Source of the DNA: Eimeria praecox
Lineage: Eukaryota
Assembly (NCBI GenBank): GCA_963920595.1
Contig: OY986946.1
Span: forward strand, 1,860,001-1,924,000
Direction: 5' to 3'
DNA length: 64,000 bases
In this document: positions 41,650 to 52,600 of the stretch, one piece after another
Numbering within the stretch: position 1 is the stretch's first letter
Layout of the letters: every line of letters begins with the position of its first letter
The notes under the pieces: model-generated
What the model was told of the DNA's origin: nothing
Database searches by the model: none
The model's input: the letters and a program-made list of their open reading frames with translations, nothing else
Made by a program: the position numbers and the translations under genes

Positions 41650-44600
41650 TCAGCTTACGCTTTCTGAGATGAAGAGTTGAGGCTCTCCCAGCTGGCTACT
41701 AAAGATGTTGATCTCTTCGAGCGGCGGAGGGTCACTCTCTTCTACACTTCGCGCCAGTTGCCGCTCTGCTGAGTTCTGGTTAGCAATAGGTGGGGAAGGC
41801 ACCAAATTATTTGTGCACTGGACGGCATATCTACCTGGCAAGAACAGCTCACAAAAGCAGTGCGAAGCACTTTTCTGCCGTGGTGGGGGGTTTATTGTCT
41901 CACTGTGTGCCGCAGAGGACACAACGTTACCTGCTCTCGCTTGTCCGCCTCCGAGCCGTCGTTTTTCAAGTAGAGCCATGCATTGAATTTCCCCATGCAT
42001 ATTCACTTTCGGCATACAGATCCTCAGGTCTCCAGTAGTTTGTGAACGCACGACCTGCACACAGCGGCTTCTTCCATTAACTGCGCATTACTGCTGGGAA
42101 CTTCTAGAAGGAGCCAGAGCTGACTGTCATTTTAGTTGAAGAGTTACTCATGTAAAAGCTATGGCATCGGTGATGTGTATTTAGCATAAGTATCTGGTCC
42201 CTCTGTTGCTGAGATAGTTCCTACTCCTCATCATGAATTGAATGCCGGGCCAGCAATCATTCGACAGTGCACTCCCACTATCTAGGCGCCACCATTAAGA
42301 ACTGATGGCATCACGGGTATTATGCACGTTGTCATATGAAAGTACCATTTCTTGATTGTGGCCTAAAATGTCATTTCAAGCTTCCTAGCTGACGCATTCG
42401 TGTTCTATTGAGCCCGCTGGATGGTCTCGTTGGGGTCGGCTATGCAGTTGTCGTTAAGAACGACTGCAGCGGAAGTAGCTTTTGGGCTTTTCCTTGCCAT
42501 GAATTCTCCCTTCTAACCAGCAACCATTCAGTGGCGTGTGCAGCGATGAAAATAAACGTTCTAGTGGGCAGATAACATAAAAACACTCCCTCAGCATCAT
42601 TCAATTCGTGTATAAATGGTTGTGATGTTTAAAGTAATGGCAATCTAACCTGGGTATTGTCAGGAGAGATGTCTTCAGGGAGCCTCAGCTGCGTCACCTT
42701 GCCTAAGCAATCGCAACAAATGGCAATGCAGGCACTACTGCCGAAACGGGAATGACTTTAGCTTGACATCAGGATTGAAGCTTTCATGTCACAGTCAAAG
42801 AAGTTCCACAATTCCTATGTTCCTATGAGGACAGGGGGTGCCTTTACCTTTAACGGTCACTCGGAGATAGTTTGGATGAACATCGACATCAATAAGCGCA
42901 GTTGACAAATGCCTGCGATTTCGCAGTCACCGAGTCCGACATTTGCAAAGTTTTCCCATTGAATGAGTGTACTTCACTCCCCTTCGAGGATTAGGACAGA
43001 TATTCGTATTCTCGGCTCACCGCGGCAGCTCAAATGTTACAACGATCAGACCGGGCTGGCTGTAAGAGTCCATGGTGAACTTAAGACGACCTGAAAAATA
43101 AAAAAATATCCATCGCATATTTTTCCACAATGGTGGCCATCGAATGATGCGTACACTCTGAAAGAGAAAAAAAGCAGAGCTGCGCAATTCAACGCCTCTT
43201 ACCTTGGTTGCATTGGCGAATTTCACCTTTGCTATTGTAAGTCTCAAATGGCTGGGTCTGAAGAAAGGAACTGACATCATGAGCCCTAAATATTGAAAGC
43301 GGGTGCAATGTGAGAAAAATAACCTACGGCGGAGTACTTCTTCTGGGGCTTGCCTGCGGTTTTTCTTCTGCCTCAAGCTTTTGACTCGTTTTGGCTTGCT
43401 GAACCGAAACAAAACTCACGCAACAGTATGTATCGGGGAATGTGCTATTCAGCATGCTCTCGCTGCAAAACTCAACTAATGGTTTTGTAGAGGACAAAGG
43501 AACGATGCAGTCTCCTTGGAACGCACTGCCTTTTAAGAGGCTTATCTGCAGGATATTCTTCAGTGCATGCGAGAAGTCCCTCAAAGCTTACGTGAGCCAT
43601 CTCCTGGTACATCTTTTTGCGATTTTCCCGAGTGTAGGCTTGCTGAGAATCATCTGCTGCGCATTGGTATACAGTATGAAAGCGCAGAGTGCTCTTCTAT
43701 AATATGGGGAAGCTTTAGCCCACTGATAGTTCTCAGACTTTTAAACGAGCCTGCTTGTAATTTTCTTGCCTGGGGCATCCTTCTGACGCTGAATTTCTTT
43801 GGTTAGGTCTTCTTTCAGAGCGGGAAGTGCACGCAGAGCTTGTATGCGTTCAGCAGGGGTCACTACCTGTCCATCTAGTTGTTTCAGCTGGAGTAAATTT
43901 GCAATCGTAAAGTTTCTGAATCCGGGCCATCTGCAGAGATTTCGATACATGGGCTCACACGCGATTTCATCACCTCAAAAATTCTGCTTTTACAATTACG
44001 GTTTCTTGCCAGTCCTCGTGCGTATGCAAGCTGAAATGCAGCATGGCCACTGCTTCTCACTCTGTACATGGGTTTCCCATGAGATACAAATCCTCGAGAG
44101 AGTTTAGTTGCTTTAGGTTTTCCAGTGACTCCTCCAGCCTAGACAAGCTAATGAAGTTCACGGTAAGGTCGAGCTGCAGACAGTAGAAGGCAAGTGTCTA
44201 GTCGAGCCACGCTTACTTGCTGCCAATGCTACTACGACTCTCAATTTTGTCCGGGTGAATGCCGGAAGCGCTGTGTGGCATTGTTGTGGAACACCTGAAA
44301 AACTAACACTTTATTTGAATGTCTGTGCCTCGCATTCTACATGCCTTCTTAAGACTTTCACATCGTTCGAGGTTCTCGATGACTTCAATATTATTAAGTG
44401 CAACATTCAAATACTCCAGACGTTTCAATCGTCGTAGATTTTCAAGTCGTTCTGCAAAAAGAACGGTCGGCACTGCACTACGCCGTGGTCTTGTGAATTT
44501 ATGGCTTATCTGCAATCTGCATTTTTTTGCCGTTCGCCATAAAGCATACGCATACGCCATCTGGCACTGTCTATTTGGGAATTAGTGATGTTCTTCTGTG

Positions 44601-44820
44601 GACGGTTGTGCCATCCTTGCCATTCTCGCCTTCAGACATGCTAGCAGAACCCACCAATCAGGTTGTTTTGCAGTAGAAGGATTTTCAGATCTTTGCAGAA
44701 ACGGTCAATGTGCTCAATCTTTTCAATTTCAAGCTGGTGCAAAGCTATCTCCTCAAGGTCTTCCAACGCTCCTTCATTGTGCTCCGATTTGCGACGAATG
44801 AGGTCCTTCGTTATCCTCAT
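41650..44820 (-). CDS. DNAAF11: Dynein axonemal assembly factor 11 (LRRC6), LRR + LRRcap + CS-like domain, ~11 exons
   Basis: [102 protein letters not shown]...[54 protein letters not shown] and C-terminal PPPLE all match LRRC6-family motifs. Confidence 0.93.
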
Positions 44821-47800
44821 CGTAGCTACCAGATGAGACGGATTCGAATTAGGGAAAATAAGTCAGTGTAATGTGCTAAAAGGTCCCAGAAGTTAAAACA
44901 AGTTCTGCCATAGGAAAAGAAAGCTTTATATCCACGTGTATTTCGAACCAGCCTCCCTTCTGTCTCGTAGCACACCCGAGGTAGGGCGCGAGCAGTATAG
45001 TAATGCACACTTTAGGTCGCTTGAGCCGCAATTAGTGAAGGGAGCAACAAAAATTACTTCTGGAGTTAATGCAATCAATATTACGCTGAAATTGGCCTAT
45101 TAAGCCCAGTACGCACGGCAGCCGGCTGGGGGGTGGCACTACAACCAAGGAGATCATCAGATCGTTGTTACTACTCACCAGCTTTCAAGGGATTAAACAC
45201 GGGTATGGGAACTCTTGGGTATATTAAGGCTATTTTAGGGGTTAGACTCCGAATGCTCTGCCTATATGCGGGCGTGCACCTATGTAGGCATACACAGGAT
45301 TCAATAGTAGTGGCAGCTGAGCACTGTCGACTACACCCTATCCACTGAGAGGTGGCGCAATGCCGTTGCCTTGCAGAATGAACTAGCAACAGGAAGTGCG
45401 TTCACACAAAAAATATTTGGTTTAAAACGTCGATTGTGCCTATCTTGATACATTTTAGCACCATATATGCAGTCTTGGTTCGGATGATGCGGTGATTCAT
45501 ACATTCCCGAAGCAAGATTGCCTCGCGCAGGCACGCAAGCGCTGTCTGCCTCAATAAGGCGCTCAAACGCACCTTGCTTTGCACGCCCTTGACTGTTCTC
45601 GTACCTTGCGAAAAGGGTTAAGATGAGAGCCTGTCGTTGGGTTTTTTCCTAGTATCAATGAAATACGCTGGTTCTTCATCATGCATATACTCAGTCACGA
45701 GTAAAGATTTCATACATCACATGCTAAAACACTGTCGTTGGCATGCTCAGTAGGAGACAGGAGAAAGTATTGATTCTTTGAGCATCCAGTAAAATACTTA
45801 GGGTAGCCCATTTGCCAAGCGAGGTCAGCCCACATTCCACTGTACCCGCGCATTGCCAGCAGTGTCACATTACTTAATAAGCAACAAACTGTACGAGGCA
45901 TGCATGCCGCGGCTGTTGCTGCAAGATTCACCCCTACAGAACCTCCCAATGAATACTCCAAAGCGGGTGAGTTCGCCACAGCGACTGTCTCCACAAGGTC
46001 ATTAACTAGTTGCAGGCTCCCCAGCATTGCTAGCAATCCCATTGATGATTGCCCAAGCACAAACATGCCTCAGCTTTCGTTTGAAATTTGAAGATGCCAC
46101 TGATATATTTCCGTGAAGAGAAGGGTGTTCTACGTTAGAGATGGGTATATACGAGCACTCTATTTGTGAATTCCACAAAGCTTAAGTATCAAGTGGCCAC
46201 CGCCGCTCCAGCAGCCTTTGCGATCCCATGCGTGCTCCACTTTCGCGAGGGGGGCCCTTTGCTGGATACACTGCATTGCAGACTACGGCGAGAACGTTTA
46301 CTCTTAACGCTTATGACACTTTCTTTTGCACGAGTCTATGGATTTGTAGTAGCATACCCGCGAAGAATATTTGACCTATTAGGAAAGGGTGCGCACATGT
46401 TCAATGCAGCAGTCCGATAAAACCTCTAGCGGACGCAGGATATGCGGCCAAAGTTGTGTGGGACTTTGAAACCCTTGATGAGTCTGGAACAGGCAACGAT
46501 AGTACATCAGCTGCGCCTTAGCCTGCCTTTACGGGGAATTGAACTCATGCGTCAAGCTCGGAGAAGGCCTTCTTGCAAACCTCAAATGTGGAGAAGGCAG
46601 AATGCAAAGGCGTCGAAGGTGAGAAGACCCGTTTTCTCATGCCATGTTAAAGGCGCAGCTCGGTGCAACGCGCACGCAGCCGGTTTTTCCGGCCGCTCTC
46701 GTGCCAAGCATTAGCCCTCAAAGCTCATATCGCAGAGAGAAAGACAGAATATACTGGCTGGGGCTGTGGGTAGCTGGGGGTAGGCAGGCAGCAACCCTTG
46801 CATCCGGTACAAGCGGAACGAGAAGGCTTAGGAAAGTTCTATGACTCGCTCTATCTTGCCAGTGCTTGCTCAAGTGTGAATGCAATGAGCTAAACAGAGA
46901 CCAGCCCATCCTGGATGGCATTTGCAAAGGCTCAGCGTGAGTCCGTTTCTCTAAGATGGCCTGCAGATACAAAATTGGGTCTGCAGGCTCAGGGATGAGG
47001 GGCAAAATGGTGACTTGCCACCGACTTTGGACCATATTGCTGGTCTAAGCCTCACTGTGATCTTCCGTGAAGTTCCTTTAACAGCAAAACACAAAACCGG
47101 CCAATTATGAGGGGTCAGTTGACGAAATGAACGGTTTCCATTGGGAGTGGAGACACTCAAGAAGAAGAGCCTTGACGCCTTGAAACCATCCGATGGGCGT
47201 ATTCATCTCGATGTAAACGTTATCTAAGAAGAGCGCTAAATATTTCGCCTTCGGTTGTATCTGGAAAGTGCAGCGAGACTGAATTTTGGAGTTCCTGGTA
47301 TTGTTTGCCAGATCCCAATGAGCCTTTCCGCCCTAGCCTGAAACATCTTGACATCGGGCGCACGCAAGTGAGGCTAGTTTGGGCATATTCCGCACAGGGA
47401 TCAAAACGGATGTAGCCAATGCTATACGATGTAGAGGCTGTGACAGAGAGAGGCGTTGTGGCCTTGATTGGTATTGCGCGCTAGCCCCGGCGGCCTCCCT
47501 CACAACCTGCGCCTTTCAGGTTCCTCCCCACAACAAAAGGGATTGGTGTATATGAATTCCAATTCTATAGGCTCAGCATATCGTAGTTTTGGGACAAGCG
47601 TGCACCGAAATTGGGGGCCAGGAGTTGTTCGGTACGGCACAGCACCAAAAGCACAACCACCGAACCCCACTTCAGAAAGGCAACTGGTGCGCTGACCAAG
47701 TTCTCCTACTAAATAAGAAAATGCAGAGCCGCGGTGCAACGGTGGTTGCTTTTGTTTTAAGTAGAAGTGGCATTTCACTCCCTACGAGCACTGGTACATT

Positions 47801-47999
47801 TCAATATTACTTAGGCCAGTAGGCCAACAACTCCTTTAACTTCACCGCTCTAAAAGGTGGGTAGTATTCACTGCTCAAGCGGCTTGAAAAGTTTTCAAAG
47901 CAAACTGGAGTTGGAGCACTACTGGAGGAATAGTGTATCTTCGATATGCCTTCAAAGAGCTGCAGTGACTACTATCATATTCTCTGTAGGAAAGGAAGG

Positions 48000-48393
48000 T
48001 GTAGTGCCTGGCACTACAATACCCCGGATTTAAGCTCCTAATTCGGCAAGAAAGAATTTAGTGAGGAGAAAACGAAAGGTCAATTAAGGTTTGCTAGTTG
48101 ACTCGAAGCAGTCAACCGGCGGGGGGCTAGCTAGCTGGGGGACCTGGGGCTGGCAGCCGCTCCCGCAGCGGCGCAGCCATCCCCCCGCCCTGCACGAGCA
48201 CTGCGGTGCTCGATGTGGGGACACTGTAAAACGTTAGAATAATTTAGAATATAAAAAAGTAGTTTAACGGCCTTTTATGTTTTCTTTTTAGAAACTCTAA
48301 TTATTCAAAGTAGGAGCATGAATTGACCTGGTTCTAGTTTGCGACGCCAGCACCAGAGGTAGATTATGTAGCCTGAAGAGACGCGGCGCTACA
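48000..48393 (+). repeat. 5' LTR (394 bp)
   Basis: TG...CA termini with 5-bp inverted ends. No differences from 54741-55134 were found on base-by-base reading. Confidence 0.97.
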
Positions 48394-48396
48394 ATA

Positions 48397-48416
48397 TGGG
48401 GGCTGTTCCGGGAATT
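48397..48416 (+). promoter_or_regulatory. Primer-binding site, tRNA-Pro-like
   Basis: TGGGGGCTGTTCCGGGAATT starts 3 nt after the LTR. Its reverse complement ends in CCA, and it resembles the MLV tRNA-Pro PBS TGGGGGCTCGTCCGGGAT. Confidence 0.75.
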
Positions 48417-48535
48417 TACTGAAATACCCTGGGAACGAATGAAATCAACTAAATACCATCACTCCCAAATAAGCCCATCCTATTCCTCGATGAACCCATA
48501 GGGATCCACACACCTAAAGGAGACAAGGACTTGCC

Positions 48536-49654
48536 ATGCACTTGCGCGACGGGAAGGTGCTACGACCCCCACAGCTGCCGGGCTCCGAGATGTCTAACCC
48601 AATCACACCCCACAGAGAAACTTCTGGGCAACACACAGAACCGAAGAGAATGGAGCATAACCGGGATCTTGGTCCCCTCATCGCCGGGGAGGGACGCCCC
48701 GCACCGCGGAGCAGAGAGCACGAAGGTGGGGGACGCAAGGACCAAGGAGTGCCCTATGTCAAACTAGAGCCCGAGATGGTTGATATGTTCAAGCAGTTAG
48801 CCGTTGGAATTAAATCGAGCCAACAGCGGATCACTACACACGAGGATGGAAGTAACATGAAAGCCTTCCTTGACTTCATGGAGCAGGAGTTCTTAGACCA
48901 AGATCTCTTAGAGATGCAGTGGGGATACGAACTCAGGAGATACCTGTCGGGCAAGGCCTTAGCCCATTGGCTGCACATGCGTCGAACCGGAACGCCATTA
49001 AACGACTGGCGGCGTGTGCGGGAGAACCTCTGTGCGCGGTTCTGCAGCACGTCGCGGGACAAGATGATTGAGAGGATGGCCTGGAATGTTTGGCGAGGGA
49101 ACCACGTCGACTATTCCTCACGTTTCGCAGATATCGTAATGGAAGGGGAGACGCTACCACCTGACGAGCTGTTAGGTTACTTCTTGGCTAATCTACCAAT
49201 GGAACTACGACGAGCCCTCACTGAAGGAGGAACGAGGAACTTCCTGGATTGGCAGGAGGCCGCCACAGCGCTAAGCGCCTTGGAGTCCCCTTGGAAGGCT
49301 TCGAGTGTGCGGTGGCAGCGATTCGAGCAGGAGCTAACAAACGCCAGGCGTAGAACGGGACCTGGCGGGCCGCCGAGTAGCCCACGGCGAGCTCCAACTA
49401 GGCAGGAAACTCCACGGGGAGAAAACACACCAACCCGCTGCTATGAGTGCAGGGGGAAAGGACACCTCGGAAGGGACTGCCCGCTCCGAAATGGCGCGGT
49501 TAGGCGCACAGGAGAAACGTGCTCCCGATGCGGAGGACGGGATCATTATGCAAGAGACTGTGCGAACCCACGGGAGTCCCCCGGGCGACAGGATGGGCGT
49601 AAACCCCCACTGGCCACCGCGAACGGAGAAGCGGGAACAAGCCGGTCAAACTAG
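48536..49654 (+). CDS. gag: Retrotransposon Gag, 372 aa, with two CCHC zinc knuckles
   Basis: N-terminal MHLRDGK, capsid-like core (YLSGKALAHW...W..V...L..RF), CYECRGKGHLGRDC and CSRCGGRDHYARDC. Confidence 0.93.
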   Translation: MHLRDGKVLRPPQLPGSEMSNPITPHRETSGQHTEPKRMEHNRDLGPLIAGEGRPAPRSREHEGGGRKDQGVPYVKLEPEMVDMFKQLAVGIKSSQQRITTHEDGSNMKAFLDFMEQEFLDQDLLEMQWGYELRRYLSGKALAHWLHMRRTGTPLNDWRRVRENLCARFCSTSRDKMIERMAWNVWRGNHVDYSSRFADIVMEGETLPPDELLGYFLANLPMELRRALTEGGTRNFLDWQEAATALSALESPWKASSVRWQRFEQELTNARRRTGPGGPPSSPRRAPTRQETPRGENTPTRCYECRGKGHLGRDCPLRNGAVRRTGETCSRCGGRDHYARDCANPRESPGRQDGRKPPLATANGEAGTSRSN

Positions 49655-52600
49655 CAGGCCTAGACGTTACGGGAGATGAACGTGCTAGGCAAATAAAGCG
49701 CACGGATGGTAAATTGTGCCTGGCGGCCACCGGGCCCAACGCCATCCCAGTCTCCCCCGACTGGAGGCAGAAGCTTCTCCCGAAGAAGAAGCTGGCCCAG
49801 CAGAAAGAGGAGGTCGAACGGACCCCCTCAGCAGCTGCAGGAAATTTCGCTCCGTCCTGGACCGGGAACGAACGGATCGGAACCGATAACAGCGGGAAAG
49901 GGGATCCCGCACAGGAACGTACACGGGAGGTCTCGCGGCAAGAGACCTCACAGCAGAAAGCTGCAGAAAGAGCAGCGGATTTACACGATAACGGCGGGAA
50001 AGGGGATCCCGCACAGGAACGTACACGGGAGGTCTCGCGGCAAGAGACCTCACAGCAGAAAGCGGCAGAAAGAGCAGCAGATTTACCTTGGTGGCACGAA
50101 GGGATGTTACCAGAGCTGACGCATGAGTATCACGGGTCCCTCTGCGGCACAGGCAAGACAGCGGTACTGCAGCTAGAGATTGTGGGACAAGAGTGTGAGG
50201 GGCTACTCGACACAGGAGCGTCACGCAGCTTTATTAGTCCGGCTGCGGTCGAGCGATTGGGGCTTAGGGTGCGTATCTTACCTGAGGCATGCTCCTTTAC
50301 TGTCGCCAACGGAGAGGTTCTACATATTGACCGATTCGTCCCTCGGTTATCCATGCTATGCGGAGGGGAGTGTTTCACGGGGGATTTCCTAGTAGGTCCG
50401 ATCCCTTACGATGTCATCCTCGGTATCGATTGGCTTGTTAACCACAAGGTAGCGTGGTATTTCCAGTCCGACAAGCTTCGGACGTATGTGAACGGGCGGT
50501 GGTGTGACCTGCCGGTCCAGCGAAAGGAACTTAGACCCCCGGCGGACGCTTCAACTACCACGAAGCCTGCGAAGAGCACAGCAGACCTCGCATACGAAGC
50601 ACTAGCTCAGCAAGTGGCCCGCATGACGGCAGAGGAGGCCGCTACTCTCCTCCGACCGCCTCCCAAACGTTATAAGTCCCGACATCGGGCAGGTGCTCGA
50701 GTACAGATAAAGGATCTACTACGTGAGGCCCGCCATAACACCGCTAATATGGGACAAGCTCTCGAAGGATTGCATTTCATTGCCGTCTTACCGGAGACTA
50801 AACCCGACCGAGTCGTCCATGTACCCCTGGAGCGTCAGGGTCCCCTTCTGTGCGCAATCGTGGAACACCACCAGGCATCGGTATGCGAACCACACGCTAA
50901 GTCTGCCGATGCCGTTGTATCTGAAAGGCAAGACACGGAGGACTCCCCTTGGCCCACAGCTAAGCTGACATACACTGAATTCGACAGTTGGTCCCAAAGC
51001 CCGGCAGCACTCCGCTTACCACCACAGATACTCACCGTCTTACAGCAGCATCGACTCGTGTTCCCCGATAGTCTTCCCGATGGGTTGCCCCCCAAACGAC
51101 CCTATGACCATCGCATTCTCTTGCTGCCCGGCAAGCTACCGACCAAAGCCCCTATATACAAGATGCCCCCTGAACAGCTCGCTCACCATACGAAGGAGAT
51201 TGCTCGGCTGTCGGCTAAGGGATGGATAGGACCTACCTACTCTCCAATATGCGCCCCCACCATCATGGTGGATAAACATGATGACGGATCCGGTGAACGC
51301 AAGATGCGCATGGTAGTGAACTATCAAGCACTAAATGCACTCACAATTGCCCCCGAATTCCCCATGCCCACCGTACATACTATTCTCGAAATGTTAGGAG
51401 GGGCCACCTACTTCTCTACATTGGACTTGGAGGCAGGATTCCACCAGATCCGCATGGCTAAGGAGGACCGATGGAAGACGGCTTTCCGCTCAGTGCAAGG
51501 ACTTTTTGAGTACAAGGTTATGCCCTTTGGACTCAAGGGCGCGCCAGCTACCTTCCAAGCTACAATAAACGCCTATCTTCAACCACTCCTAGGCCACGGG
51601 GTCATTGCATATTTAGATGATGTGCTCATATATAGCCCAACACTGGATACCCACACCGCCCTCCTACAGCAAGTTCTCAGCATTTTCCTCACTCACCAAT
51701 TCTACCCACGGCTATCGAAATGCAAGTTCGCACAGGAGGAGCTCACATACTTGGGATATACCATTGGGGCAGCAGGCATCAAACCGTCCGCCGACAAGGT
51801 CGAGGCCATACTCCTATGGCCGGACGTACTGACTAATGAGACACAAGTCCGCCAGTTTCTGGGGACGGTCAACTACTGTCGGATGTTTATGGGGCCCCGC
51901 TTTGCAGACACAGCAAGACCCCTCGTTGAACTCACCCGGAAAGGTACCTCCTTCGTCTGGGGGCCCTCTCACACCGCCGCAGTCCGCCAACTCAAACGGC
52001 TCCTCGCTGAATACACCACATTACAAGTCCCCGACCCCACGAGACCCTATACACTTTATACTGACGCATCTGGATACGCGCTTGGGGCTGTCCTAGAGCA
52101 GGATGGCAAGCCGGTAGGCTTTCTGAGTCAAGTCCTGAGCCCGGCCCAACAACGGTACTCCATTTACGATCAGGAACTTCTCGCCCTCGTTACCGCCCTC
52201 GATAAGTGGCGTCACCTCCTCCGCGCAGCCAAGGTCACCGCCTACACCGACCATCAAGCGTTGACATACCTGCAGCGCATCAACACACAGAAGCCACTCC
52301 GGGGCCGCACGGCTCGTTGGCTTGATTTCTTGGCTGAGTTCCCCGACCTAACTATCTCATACCTACAGGGCACCCGCAATACAGTCGCGGATGCCCTCTC
52401 CCGCCACCCCCAACATGCGCTCCCTACTCACACCCCACCTCCCCTTTCTTCCCTTACCTCCGCATCATCAAGCAAAACACCTCCACCTGCTCGTTATCGT
52501 ACTCGGGCTAATCCTCGAGATTTCCGTGCTGAGGCAGGCCTCCGCCCGTCCCGATCACGCCGTACCGCCACTCCTTCCTCGCCTCCGGCCGCCTTGACGG

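Noticed and set aside
48118..48225. HDV-like ribozyme in the LTR
   Set aside because: The nested double-pseudoknot order could not be built by eye; kept only as a generic structured element.
49652..49657. Stop-codon readthrough (UAG-CAG) for gag-pol
   Set aside because: Pol is in the -1 frame, so readthrough would not reach it.
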